Below, piece by piece: positions 38,713 to 51,718 of a stretch of DNA of 64,000 bases (positions are counted from its first letter, which is position 1; every line of letters starts with the position of its first letter). The DNA comes from Mobula hypostoma. Taxonomy: Eukaryota. The position numbers and the translations under genes are program-made. The notes under the pieces are model-generated. The model saw nothing but the letters and a program-made list of their open reading frames with translations. It was not told the origin of the DNA and did no database searches. The DNA lies in the NCBI RefSeq assembly GCF_963921235.1, contig NC_086098.1, positions 182,900,001-182,964,000 on the forward strand, written 5' to 3'.

Positions 38713-39099
38713 CATCATCATTTTGTGCGGTGTAGTCTGACGTGGACGATCATGGTCCTTCCATCACCATGACTGTTATTGGGAAATTTTTCTACCTAAG
38801 AGGTTTGCCATTGCCTTCTTCTGGGCAGTGTCTTTCTTTACAAGACGGGTGACCACAGCTATTATCAATACTCTTCAGCGACTCTCTGCCTGGCGTTGGT
38901 GGTCGCATAAGCAGGACTTGTGATCTGCACCAGTAGCTGATCTACCACCTTCTCCCACGGCTTCACATGACCCTGATTTTGGGGTTGGGGGGAGCTAAGC
39001 AGATGCTACACCTTGCCCATGGGTGACCTGCAGGAGCCAGCAGAGGGAAGGTGTGCCTTACACCTCCTTTGGTAGAGACGTATCTCCAACCCGCCATGC
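38713..39099 (-). mobile_element. short retroposon with (GAT)n tail (RTE-type tail) nested in an old CR1 (about 38130-39395)
   Basis: 12-bp TSD ttttcccaggat (38701-38712, 39100-39111); related fragment near 1895-1980. Confidence 0.7.
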
Positions 39100-40070
39100 T
39101 TTTCCCAGGATAACGGGGTTCTTAAACTAAATAGGGTTAAGGTGAAAAAGAAAAAAAAATTACACGGTACCTGAGAGGCACGTTTTTCACATGAAGGGTA
39201 GTGGTTATACGGAACAAACTGCCAAAAGAGGAGTTGAGGCAGGTAGAAACACAGAATGTAAAAAACTGTTGGATAGGAAAAGTTTTGAGGAATATAAAGC
39301 CAAAAACAGGCAAATGAGATTAGCCTAGATAAGAATCTCTGTGGGCAGGGCTAGTTAGGGCCGAAAGGCATATTTACACACTGTAGAATTCTATGTATTT
39401 ATGAATCTACATGCAAACACGAAAATACTTCAATTGACTTTTTGCCACTGTGGTGGTTCTTTAAAACAATCCACATAGACTCGTGACCTCTCCCTTTCCT
39501 CATAGCCCTCCACTTTCCAGCCCCTTTTCCCCCACCCCCACCCCACCAAAGTATATAACCGGTTTCCACTGATGTGTTACTATTAACTCTGCCTCACCAT
39601 CCTCTCAAGAATTACCCTTCATTAACAAGGCACCTCAGGACTAACATTCCTGTTTAAACAGATACGTTAAACTGTAGGAAGTTAAACTTTGCATGTCAGG
39701 TAGCATTTATGGAGGGAAACAAACAGTTGGCCCTTATGAAAGGTCTCAGTTTGAAACATCAACTGTCGATTCCCCTTCATAGAGCCGTACAAAATACATT
39801 GTAAATATTTGTTTTACACAGACTGGAGTAGCACCACAATCTCGTTGTCTTGAGCAATGACAATAAAGTTCTATTTTATTCTATAGATGTTGCCTGACCT
39901 GCTTAGTTCCTCCAGCATTTCGTGCATGGTTGCTCAAAATCTCAGGCCTTCGCTGAATGTCTTGTCTCTGCAACGTAAATGGCTTTAAGAGGGCATTTCC
40001 ATTGTTTTTGTTACACCTCTGGGTTTCCTGTATAACAACACCCACTCCCTCACCATGCAAAACCATTATT

Positions 40071-40195
40071 TGCTGAATTCTCTACCCTGAAGCAAAGCAG
40101 CACCTTCGGAGTAAAATAATCTCGTGTAGGTGCTCTGCTGGATTCTCTACCCTGAAGCAAAGCAGCACCTTCGGAGTAAGATAATCTCGTGTAGG
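40071..40195. repeat. tandem duplication of a 60-bp unit (period 65)
   Basis: 40071-40130 and 40136-40195 differ at 2 positions. Confidence 0.9.
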
Positions 40196-40640
40196 CAGGA
40201 TCTTGGAGTGCAAGGTGCTAAGGTCTTCTCTCCTTTCTGGCTACAGACTCCTAGCTTCAAGACAGCCAAGAATTCACTCTGTAAAATGTTACATCCACAA
40301 GCTTCTTCACAAAATCCTTGGAGAAAAGATATAATAGCTCTACCAATACACCACTATTGATTGAGACCAATATTATTACAGACAATACATGAAATGCAAC
40401 CTAACCAACAATTTGTACAACTGTAAAATGATGCCCCAGCTTGCATACATGATGCCTTGACCAGTGAAGGGAAACTCTCCATATACTCTGTGTACATGTC
40501 CCTCTTCATTCCCAAATGACCATGTGCACAGTTATGATCATGTTGAAAGTTGCACCACAGAGCCAATATACTTCCAAAATCAGCCTTGAATAGATAATGC
40601 ATGGGTTAAATGAAAAGTTTAAAAAGAAATGGATGCTTAC

Positions 40641-40852
40641 GTCTGCAATTGGGGAATCCATAGTAGCCAATGGCACAACGGGAACAGTCACGGCCAATCA
40701 CGTTTGGTCGACAGCTGCACTGCCCTCCATAGGGGTCACAGGAAGTGCTCAAGGCACCCGCTTCATGGCACAGACAAGGCAGGGCACCATTATTGTAAAA
40801 GGCGGACAGTGATACCATGGAGTCTTTGCAGAATTTTGAGGTGGTGACAGGG
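40641..40852 (-). CDS. lama5: laminin alpha-5 exon, end of LF and first LE repeat ([11 protein letters not shown]...GYYGFPNCR)
   Basis: tctcccag| ... |gtaag; 212 nt, phase 2->1; LE cysteine pattern. Confidence 0.95.
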
Positions 40853-40947
40853 CTGGGAGAAATATAAACATCGACAGATATTTCCATATCGGCGTAAAGG
40901 GTAAAGAAGAATGAATACTTCAAGCGAAAAAGGATGACTTGAATATA

Positions 40948-41208
40948 AAAATGCAAACAACAGGAATTCTGCAGATGCTGGAAATTCAAGCAACACAAAT
41001 AAAAGTTGCTGGTGAACGCAGCAGGCCAGGCAGCATCTCTAGGAAGAGGTGCAGTCGACGTTTCAGGCCGAGACCCTTTGTCAGGACTAACTGAAGGAAG
41101 AGTGAGTTCAGTTAGTCCTGACGAAGGGTCTCGGCCTGAAACGTCGACTGCACCTCTTCCTAGAGATGCTGCCTGGCCTGCTGCGTTCACCAGCAACTTT
41201 TATGTGTG
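40948..41208. mobile_element. young Penelope-like fold-back insertion (near-perfect hairpin)
   Basis: Inverted arms of about 95 bp around a gaagagtgag loop; flanking direct repeat tgacttgaatata (40935-40947, 41209-41221). Confidence 0.85.
41114..41149 (+). ncRNA. minimal type-I hammerhead ribozyme motif (intact core)
   Basis: agtc CTGACGA agg-gtctcgg-cct GAAA cg TC^ gact: stem I, conserved core, stem II, palindromic ACGT stem III; predicted cleavage after 41145. Confidence 0.75.
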
Positions 41209-42284
41209 TGACTTGAATATATCTGCTTTTTGCAACAACCCAAGAATTTAACACAGCAAATACACATTTCAAAACTTATGAGGTGATAAATTACATATTT
41301 TTGTTTGAGCATTATGGGAGGTTATTACTGATGTTACGGGCAGAGCAAACTTAGCAGAAGACACGGCCGTAGCTCTTCATAGATGACAGCAATGGAGTGG
41401 ATGTTGTGGGTTTGAGGATGGAAGTTGGTTGATTGGAAGGAATGGTAGATGACAGAGGGAGGAGATGACCCGAGGATTGGAAAAGCGAAGAGAAGAAACT
41501 CAAACGATTGGGTCAAGACAATCAATCAATCAAATGTCGGTCAAAACAGTGACAGTGGGAAAAGCTCCTGAACTAGCTGAGGAATGCTGTGATATGGACA
41601 AGCCTTGTGTCAACACCAAAGATCATTAGTTTGAAGCGGGTTGCAGGATGGTGTGAAGGAAGGCCACTTTGAGAGTTTGAGAACAAGGATTCTGCTACTG
41701 AATTTGGTTGGCTTCTACACACTGGACAGAGACACCCCAGAGTTTGGATAGGCTGAGACTGAGGAAGTCAACAGTATATTGGAAATACGAATCATGTCGC
41801 GGTGGCTTGCCGGGAGAGTAGGAAACATCAGGCAATCAGAATATGCATCAGAAAGGGTAAAATAAGGGCCTCGTCCCCTCTTTCCATCACCCTGAATATT
41901 TACAAATAGCTAGTTATGGACCCACACACACACACACATATTTACTTCCGAATATTACTTTAAATCCCTGTCAATATTGCAGTAATGATAATCATTGATG
42001 CTTAACCACTCAGGAGCTTAGATGTTTAGTGCTGTATCAGATGTGGCAAAGTTCAAAAGCTCAAAGTAAATTTACGTTGTACAATCAAAATATGTAAATG
42101 TCACCATATACTGCCCTGAGATACATTTTCTTGGGAGCATTTACAGCAGAACAAAGAAATACAATAAAATCAATGAAAATCTACGAAGACTGACAACCAA
42201 TGTACAAAAGAAAACAAACTGCAAATAACAAATAATAATAATTACTTAATTGCAAATAAATGTACTTCATTAGAGTTTGAAGAG

Positions 42285-42830
42285 ATTTGGCATGTCAACA
42301 AATCTTCTACAGATGTGCCATGGAGAGCATTCTGACAGGCTGTATCACTGTCTGGTATGGGGGGTATTCAGGCTACTGCACAGAACCAAAAGAAGCTGCA
42401 GAGGGTTGGAAATCTAGTCAGCTCCATCTTGGGTATGAGCCTACAAAGTACCCAGGATATCTTCAGGGAGCGGTGTCTCAGAAAGGCAGCATCCATTATT
42501 AAGGACCCCCAGCACCCAGGGCATGCCCTTTTCTCACTGTTACCATCAGGTAGGAGGTACAGAAGCCTGAAGGCACAGACTCAGTGATTCAGAAACAGCT
42601 TCTTCTCTTCTGCCATCTGATTACTAAATGGACATTGAACCCTTGGACGCTACCTCACTTTTTCTAAATATACAGAATTTCAGGTTTTCTTTGCACTTTT
42701 TTAATCTATTCAATATATGTATACTGTAATTGATTTATTTATTTATTACTATCATATTTATTTATTTTTCTCTTCTATATTATGTATTGCATTGAACTGC
42801 TGCTACTAAGTTAACAAATTTAATGTCACA
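42285..42830 (+). mobile_element. Rex/Babar-type LINE 3' fragment
   Basis: ESILTGCITVWYG and IIKDPQHPGHALFSLLPSGRRYRSL. Confidence 0.8.
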
Positions 42831-42834
42831 TGCT

Positions 42835-43395
42835 TGAGACAGACGTGAGACCACGGAAGAACACCTGGTGAAACTTCTGAAATGCCTGCTTCGCTGCTGC
42901 TGCTACTGTGTGATCCAGAATCTCCGGAGGGGAAGGCCCCGAGTCCTCGGCTTTGCTTGTTGCTCGGCAGCCGGGGCGGGGTCGAAGCGCTCGGCAGAAG
43001 ATGGTGCTCGGAGAGGCTGTGTCGGAGACTCTAAGTTTTCGGACGGACTCAGAGTCCACTGCGGTCGGGTGCTTCCAATAATACTGCATCGGCAAGTTTG
43101 CGGCACTTGGAGGGTCATGGCAGGGAGAGTTTCTCCCTTCTACCATCTGCTTGAGATGATGAGGCTATCGGGACTTAGAGACTATTTTTTTACTGTGCCC
43201 ATGGTCTGCTCTTCTCAAATTATGGTATTGCTTTGCACTGTTGTAATTATATGTTATAATTATGTGGTTTTGTCAGTTTTAGTCTTGGTTTGTCCTGTGT
43301 TTCTTGTGATATCATTCTGGAGGAACATTGTATCATTTTTTATTGCATGCATTTCTAAATGACAATAAATGAGGACTGAATATCCTCATAATCTA
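42835..43395 (+). mobile_element. second, 5'-truncated copy of the 15495-16165 repeat
   Basis: Direct alignment by eye. Confidence 0.7.
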
Positions 43396-43436
43396 AAACA
43401 CTTTAATCTTCTATCAAAGTTTTAATAAAAACTTAC

Positions 43437-43552
43437 TTGATGTAGAAACTGTTTGCTCCACAGGTGCTGATGAAATCATAAGATTTGTCCAATGGTTCTT
43501 CCACCAGATAGTTTGAATTGTAGCTAGCTTCTGGCACAATCAAAATGTAGGC
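43437..43552 (-). CDS. lama5: laminin alpha-5 exon ([38 protein letters not shown])
   Basis: ttctccag| ... |gtaagt; 116 nt, phase 0->2. Confidence 0.93.
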
Positions 43553-43842
43553 CTGGAGAAGTATAAAAGGAGACCAGTTACAGAAGAACCAAGCCCCAAT
43601 TTTTAATGCACTTAGTGGGGTATATCATGGGAAAAAAACAGACCATGGAGAGCATTCTAAACTGCCTGCAACGTCATTTGGTATGGGGGCGGGGGCGGGG
43701 TGGGCTACTGCACAGGATCAAAAGAAGCTGCACAAAGATGTGAACTGAGCCAGCTCCATCACGGGCATCGTAGTAACCTGGGCATCTTCAACGAGCGATG
43801 CCTCCATCGCCCAGGACATGCCCTCTTCTCATTGCCACCATC

Positions 43843-44840
43843 AGTGGTGACCAGCGGTGTGCCTCAGGGATCTGTTCTGTGACCCCTACTCTCCGTGATT
43901 TTTATAAATGACCTGGATGAGGAAGTGGAGGGTTGGGTTAGTAAATTTGCTGATGACACAAAGGTTGGAGGTGTTGTGGATAGTGTGGAGGGCTGTCAGA
44001 GGTTATAATGGGACATTGATAGGAGGCAAAACTGGGCTGAGAAGTGGCAGATGGAGTTCAACACAGCTAAGTGTGAGGTGGTTCATTTTGGTAGGTCAAA
44101 TATGATGGCAGAATATGGCATTAATGGTAAGACCCTTGGCAGTGTGGAGGGTCAGAGTGATCTTGGGGTCCGAGTCTATATGACACTCAAAGCTGCTATG
44201 CAGCTTGACTCTGTGGTTAGGAAAGCATACGGTGTATTGGCCTTCATCAACCGTGGGATTGAGTTTAGGAGCTGAGAGGTAATGTTGCAGCTAAATAGGA
44301 CCCTGGTCAGAGCCCACTTGGAGTACTGTGACCAGTTCTGGTTGCCTCACTACAGGAGGGATGTGGAAACCACAGAAAGGGTGCAGAGGATATTTACAAG
44401 GATTAGATTAGATTAGGATGTTGCCTGGATTGGAAAGCATGCCTTATGAGAATAAGTTGACCGAACTCGGCCTTTTCTCCTTGGAGAGACAGAGGATGAG
44501 AGGTGGCCTGACAGAGATAATGAGAGGCATTGATCGTGTGGCTAGTCAGAGGTTTTTTCCCAGGGCAGAAATGGCTAGCACGAGAGAACACAGTTTTAAG
44601 GTGCTTGGAAGTAGGTACAGAGGAGATGTCAGGGGTAAGTTTTTTTACGCAGAGCGTGGTGAGTGCATGGAATGGGCTGCCGGTGGAGGTGGTGGAGGCG
44701 GAGATTCCTAGATGGATACATGGAGCTTAGACAGGTAGAGGGCTATGGGTCAGCCTAGGTAGTTCTATGGTAAGGACATGCTCGGCATAGCTTTGAGGGC
44801 TGAAGGACCTGTATTGTGCTGTAGGTTTCCTATGTTTCTA
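43843..44840 (+). mobile_element. CR1-type LINE fragment including RT C-terminus, nested in a Rex/Babar-type fragment
   Basis: VTSGVPQGSVL, KFADDTK, MEFNTAKCEVVHFG; host sequence resumes at 44841. Confidence 0.9.
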
Positions 44841-45493
44841 TCATGAAGCAGGTACAGGAGCCTGAATGCGCACACTCAGGAAGAGCTTCTTCCCCTCAAC
44901 CTTTTTAATTTAACTGTACATAATAAAATATTATATATAAAAACCCACATTGTATTGGACAGAATATGTAAAATCCTCATGGTGTCTTATTACAAGATAA
45001 GAGACCATGCCAACTCTGAACAACTCCATTCCTTCTCCTCTGCATCTCGACCTCCCTCATATGCCCATCAATTCCACCCTCTGATTTTTTTGCCATTTAT
45101 TTACACCATGGGGTAATTTATGGCAGCTATTAATCCTACCAGTACATCTTTTGGATAGGACAAGAAACTGCAACATCTTGTTGAACAGCATGTCATCATG
45201 GGAAGAATGTACAAAATTCACACAGACAACGCAGTAGTGCGCCAGCGGCCTGGGTTCTATTCCCACGGCTGTCTGTGAGGAACTTACACATTCTGCCCAA
45301 GACCACATGGGTTTCTTCTGGGTGCTCCAGTTTCCTTGCACATTCCAAAGACATACAGGTTTATTGGTTAATTGGTCACATGGTGCAACTGGCCAATGTG
45401 GGCTTGATGGGCTGCAAGGGCCAGTTACTGTGTTGCATCTCTAAATAAATAAACCACCAGAGGTCAGAGTTGAACATGAGTTCCTTGAAGCTA

Positions 45494-47034
45494 CAGGTTT
45501 CCCCCGCCATCCGAAGGTGGAGCGTTCCTATGAAATCATTCGTAAGCCGAAATGTCATAAAGCGAAGAAACAATTACCATTTATTTATATGGGAAAATTT
45601 TGTGAGCGTTCGCAGACCCAAAAATAACCTACCAAATCATGCCAAATAACACATAAAACCTAAAATAACAGTAACATATAGTAAAAGCAGGAATGATATG
45701 ATAAATACACAGCCTCTATAAAGTAGAAATACTTTTCCACAATCATTTCTGAACTGTTCTCCGTAGCAAAAATCTCACGCAAGCGCTGTTGGCAAAAACA
45801 CGGCGCAAGCGCACTCCGGTAACCTTTAAGCTATGAAGCTGCCAAATCATACCAAATAACACGTAAAAATACACAGCCGACATAAAGTAGAAATAATGTA
45901 TGTACAGTGTAGTATCACTTACTGGAATTGGGAAGACAGCACAGAGCACACTGATGATGGTGTGTTAGACTGAGTCGTCGCAGGTTGGCTGGTGCAGTGG
46001 CTCCCACTCTCCAGGCCACCGACCGATACCGATCCGTGAAGCACGCAGGGGTCCAGCGGTAGCCGGGAGGCACACAGCACATCTTTAAGAAAAAAGCCAA
46101 AATAAACATGCTAATTAATTAGGTGCCGCCCGGCACGTAATTGTCGGCCCAGATCAGTGCCAATTTCCGACTGCGTCGTCTCTGATCTGGGCCAACATTT
46201 ACATGTGGGGCGGCACCTAATTAATTAACATGTTTATTTCGGCTTTTTCTTAAAGATGTGCTGTGTGCCTCCAGGCTAACGCTGCATTCTCCGTGAATCG
46301 GTATCTGTCCGCGGCCTGGGTGCTGGGGTGGTGGGACACTGGGGTGTCATCTCATCGTCTGTTTCCATTAGAGCAGGCAGCTCATCTTCTCCTATGACTG
46401 CCTGCCTCGATGTCGAAGGTCAGGGTTCATTATCTGCTATGGCTGATGTGGAAGGCTTGCTTGACTGCTGAGCCTCGCGCATTTTTCTATCATACAGTTC
46501 TTTGTAAGGACTCAAACCATCTTGCAAATATCCCCTAAACCTACGTACCCTTTCAAAATTAAAGTCGTACTTTATCATTACTCATTCGGTTTCGATTGTT
46601 ATCCTTTCCTCTTCCAATTGCATCAGCTCTTCATCTATCAGTTCTTGGTCATGGGATGCCAAAACCTCTTCAACATTATCTTCGTCAACTTCCACAAGCC
46701 AAACTCACTTTGTCCTTGCTTCATTCACCACGATCGAAACGCTTAATAATGTCTAGTTTTACGCTAAGTGTAACACCCTTACGAGCTCTTTTAGGCTTTT
46801 CCGATACCATAGAACTCACCTTGCAGATGACTGCTCACAGGCACGTGTTAAAGCAATGCCGTTCTGAATCCGGGGGAGAGCAGCTGCTCGGGGCGCGCAC
46901 TGCCTTTTATCGCGCGCTGAATTTTTTTCGTAACAGTGAAAACACCTTCTGAAAGCGAAACCAGGGTACGAATGTAGGTCTTTCGTAACAGTGAGGTTTC
47001 GTAAAGCGAACGTTTGAAAGGTGGGGGACACCTG
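45494..47034 (-). mobile_element. Tigger/pogo-type DNA transposon, internally deleted
   Basis: TA TSDs (45492-45493, 47035-47036); imperfect TIR caggtKtccccc; from ATG 46810 MVSEKPKRARKGVTLSVKLDIIKRFDRGE* (CENP-B-like HTH start). Confidence 0.85.
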
Positions 47035-47994
47035 TACTGTGTCACCCTATTCAGTTGAATGAAAGCAAATATCAAAGGCAGAGTGCAATTCATGCAGATT
47101 CAGCACTGGCACTTCTGCTCCAAGATGTCTGTAATGCTCTTGAATTTTGTGATAAAGTATAACGGGGAAGTATTAACCCCATATTGGAACTGCAGACACC
47201 AGAAACAAATCAATAACATGTGGCTCAATATTCCCACATCTTCCAACAGAATCCAAGAAAAATCCTGACAAAAAAAAAGACTTGAAGTCAGCCCAGGATC
47301 GGTAAATGCTGCAGTGCCCTGCAGGGGATCAAGATTACTGAGGTCACCAGTAACTCCAGATGCTGGAAGTCTCCATTTCAACAGATCAAATGTCACCATT
47401 GAACACAGATCACAGAGAGCAGAGAGATCAGGGATTATATGCGCACATTTCATTTCAAATGCAGGGCAGGTTGAGAAAGTGATTAGAAAAGTGCACAGGG
47501 TTCTGGACTACAAAGTACAACATCAAGTCAGTTGTGATGAAAGTTATAAAAGATTGGTTTGACCACAGCTGGAGTATCGTCATCTGTTTTAGGTGCTGCA
47601 CCTTACCAGACAGATGTAAAAGGGAATGTAAAACATTTATTAAAAATAAATCCAGGACTGAGGGACTTTAATTACACAGATACACTGGAAAAGCCGAGTT
47701 TTCCTCTTTGGGACAGAAGTAGAATATAGAAGGAAGATGTTCAGCATTTCTGAGAAAATGAGAAATTGTGCAAGGAATATTCGGCAAGGTACTTTGAAAA
47801 TTTTTCCAATTGTGCCTTAGGCTCGTAGGAAATAATTAAAATGGGATATGCAATTAAGTATTATCATTCATGCACCAATCTCTCAGCACAACCACCCCAC
47901 CAGGGTACAGACGGCAGAGGCTCCAGATGTCATTAACTCCTACTCTCAGAGCAGCTCTGACAGAAATGTTTTACATGAGAAAGCAGGTGTACGT

Positions 47995-48715
47995 TCAAAG
48001 TAAAATTATCAAAGTATGTAAATGCTACCATGCACTACTATGACATTCATTTTTGGCAAGCATTTACAAGAAAAACTACAATAGAATTTTAAGAAAAACT
48101 GTACATAAACAAAGACTGACAAACAACCAATGTGCAAAAGACGACAAGCTGTGAAAATATAAATAATACTGAGAGTACTTGGAAGTGAGTTGTAAAGAGT
48201 ACTTGAAACTGAGTCTGTAGGACACAGAATCAGTTCAGAGTAGTGGTAAATGAGCCTGATGGTAGGAGGGTAATAAATATTCCTGAACCTGGCAACGTGG
48301 GACTTAAGGCCTACCCGATGGTAGCAGTACATAGAGGGCATGGCCTGGATGGTAGGGGTCTTTGACCCCGGATGCAGATTTCTTGTGGCAGTGTTCCATG
48401 TAAATATACTCAGTGGTGGGTGGCCTTTGTCTATGATGGACTGGACTGTATGCACCACTTTCTGTAGCTTTTCTGACCTGGGCATTGATGTTTCCATAAC
48501 AGTCGTGATGCAGCCAGTTAGGTTATCTTCACTTCATCTACACAGGTTTGGCAAAGTTTTTGATCACATGGTGAATTTACACAAACTGTGAAGGAAGTAG
48601 AGGCACTCTCTTCCTTCCCTTCTTTGTGATGACACTTACAGGTCTCAGAACAGATCCTCTGTTTTGTTAACGCCAAGAAATTTAAAGCCACTGACCCTCT
48701 CCACCACTGTGCCAC
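47995..48715 (-). mobile_element. Rex/Babar-type LINE 3' fragment
   Basis: EKLQKVVHTVQSII motif and family tail. Confidence 0.7.
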
Positions 48716-49555
48716 GTGATAGACAGAAAGGGTAGAGAGACACCATTACCATGGGTAGAAGAGACCAAGGACACGAGGACATAGAGAAAAAAGCAACTTG
48801 AAAAGCAGGAAGTGCAAGGAATTCAACATGATGAATGGCAAGGGCCTAGGACACTCCACCAGAGGTAATGGTGGAGACCATTTCCAAGGAAGCTGGGTAA
48901 GTATCCCAATGGAAAGAATTTACATGACAATGGAAAGGGAGATGTAATGGGACTAGTTTTTGCTTGGAACTGGGAGAAACCCGATGGGCCGGATGTCCTT
49001 CTACTACACTGTAACAATTGGCTTATTCTGCACAGGATTCAACAAGAGCAACAAGGCCAAGTTGCTGAGTCAGACTTTCCAGGGATGTGTAAATGTGTGT
49101 CACCGTGGGAAATTCCAGATTAGAAGACAGTCCAAGGCCTGTAGGAATGGAACAGTATGGTGCAATGGGGAGATGGCTGTGACTTTGCTAGATAGTCCAG
49201 AAGGGTTTGAAATAGGAGGACTTAGAAGGCAAGCTCCCAATTCAACCACTTTCAACCTTGTCTGTGGATATTTAGTGCTTTGATTTCTTGACCTTCCAGG
49301 AACTCAAACAGAAGAAATCTGTCAGTGGGACATACACTAGAATAGCTTCAGACGTCATTAACTCCTACTTTCAGGAGCATCTAGACACTGGAGGCGTATG
49401 GAGCTCCAGGAACTACAGTGGTGAGCGTTGAACTCATGATCTTTTGACTGAGTGTGTTATGGGAATTCTGTCAGAATAGGAAGACCTTATTAGAACTAGA
49501 CGTTGTAGATGTCAGAATGTTTTCCTTACAGCCTTAAGGTTATTTTAATGCTTAC

Positions 49556-49695
49556 CAGCCACAGAGTCTTGCCGTCTGGAATACGAATGATAACAGACAC
49601 CTCGTTGTCAGTTATGTCCAGAACAATCCTATTTTCGCAAAGAATTACTGTGCGACATCCATAGCCATGGGGGCAGAAGGAAGCGTTGGCATGAC
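49556..49695 (-). CDS. lama5: laminin alpha-5 exon ([46 protein letters not shown])
   Basis: ccttccag| ... |gtaag; 140 nt, phase 1->0; not in the ORF track. Confidence 0.93.
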
Positions 49696-51591
49696 CTGGA
49701 AGGAAAGAAATACGAGGTGTTCGTCAAGTCAACACTGTGCAGGCAGTACGGGGTTGGCAGCAGAGTAGATAAGACACTGGACTACGGGTGTAGACGACTA
49801 GAACTATGATTCCAAAAAAAGTCCCAGGACATCTTCAAGGAGCTTCAGAAAGGTGGCACTCATCATGAAGGACCCACATTGCCCAGCTCATGGCTTGTTC
49901 TCACTGCTGCCATCAGGGAGGAGGTACATAAGCCCGAAGGCACACACTCAACGATACAGGAACTGCCTCTCCCCCTCTGCCATTCTGAATAGACATTGAA
50001 CTCCTGAACACTACCTCACTACTTTTATATTTCTATTTTTGTACTATTTATTTAACTATTATATTTATTGAAATTCACAGTTTTTTTCTATTATTATGTA
50101 TTGCAATGTACTGTTGCTTCAAAGACAACAAAGTTCTTTTTTTTTCTTTCCAGTAACATTAAACCTGATTTTTATTTTGATTCTGATCCCCATATAGGGC
50201 TACTGATAGAAATTACAGCACTCCATATGATTATTCACCAACAGGTAAGATCTTTCTTCAATAATAGATAAAATGAGATGAGGGAATTGGAAAAGTTTCA
50301 CACACTTAATTATGGCCATATTGATCAGTGCATTAATTCCCCAAACACTCCAACTATTTCTCACAGATCTGCCCAAAGCTGCACACACCACGAGAAAACA
50401 GACTGGAACATTAGTTGTTCTACTGGATTGGTGAGGGTTTGTCCAAATCCCACCATGGTATCTGAGAATTTTACATTTATTAAATGAAGTGGAAATTAAA
50501 ATCATCATATCTGTAATGTTGACCTTGAAATATGACTGCTCTTGAAAATTTAAATAAAGGAAATCTACAATTCTTAAGGGTATCTGAAACTAAGACCCTC
50601 TACACTAACTTCTGGCGTTACTGGGAGAGGTGTTAAAAGCTGACCATACCAATGGAGGTTCTATCTCACTGTACGAATAAATATAGCCCAACAGTCAAAC
50701 TGAAGGTATTGAGTGGATAATACAGGCTTGGATTGTTTGCTTTGAGGATACTGACATCTCCATATCCACCAGTCTATTTATTACCTGGCTGCTTCAAGTC
50801 AGCCACAGTGTGAGACTGGAGTCACATGGGTGGGGAGAGGTGTTATATGAGAAAGGCAAAACATGGTAGGCTGTCATCCCTGTATGGGCATTTACACTTT
50901 GGGTGGGAGTCCGCCAGTGAGGGCTGTCTGACACTCTCGTTGTGGTAACCCAGCATCACAACCACCAGCTGTGAGCCAGACTGAAAGACATCATATCCTG
51001 GAATGGGAGCTGAGAAATAAAATACACCCAGGAAAAGATGAGCTGTACTCTCTCTCAGTACAACACAGGAGCAGAATTATGACATTTGGTCCATCAAGGC
51101 TGCTCCAACATTTTATAATGGCAGACTTACTTTCCCTCTCACCCTCATGCTCCTGCCTTCTCCCTATAACCTTTGACACCCTTACTAATCAAGAAGCTAT
51201 CAACCTCCACTTTAAATACACCCAGTGATGTGGCCTGCACAGCCATTGGTGGCAATGTGTTCCACAGAAACACAAGGCTTGTAGTTTGAGGCCATAATTA
51301 TCTTCCATCAGATACTCTGTCCCTGACTCGCTCAGTCTTCTGGGACCCCGACAAACTCCAATTTTTATGTCCACAAACTCAGATCCTTTCTTCCCTGCCC
51401 CATCTCCAAACATAGGTTCCAATCCTCTCAGCAGCACCCCTCCTCACCTTTCTCAAACCCACTCTCCTTGTAGAGCCAACACCCAACCCTCTTCCTGGAT
51501 CTCAGAACACAGAATCCTTCCCTGGGCCAAACCCATTCACCCTCTTGACGGTAAATCCCGACCCACCCATAGATTCGGACCTTGAGCTTAC

Positions 51592-51718
51592 CTTGCCAAA
51601 TCCGCCCTCCATTAATCAGCACCTCCGCTGCAAAGGTAGGGTTCTCTGGCTGGTAGAAGTGAATCACAAAGACGTAGCGACCCAGAGTCTGAATGCGACC
51701 ACCAAAGGTGACGACAGT
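51592..51718 (-). CDS. lama5: laminin alpha-5 exon (TVVTFGGRIQTLGRYVFVIHFYQPENPTFAAEVLINGGRIWQ)
   Basis: ttctgcag| ... |gtaag; 127 nt, phase 0->1. Confidence 0.92.

Noticed and set aside
38995-39099. HDV-like ribozyme at the 5' end of the (GAT)n-tailed retroposon
   Set aside because: Short hairpins exist but I could not assemble the nested double pseudoknot by eye.
40606-41251. Two opposite-strand ORFs with identical N-termini, one reading into a laminin exon
   Set aside because: A consequence of the inverted repeat; the real exon starts at the 40852 acceptor.
47100-47265. Exon-like segment after a T-run plus CAG (DFSWILLEDVG...)
   Set aside because: No laminin similarity; flanking exons already join in phase with the expected sequence.
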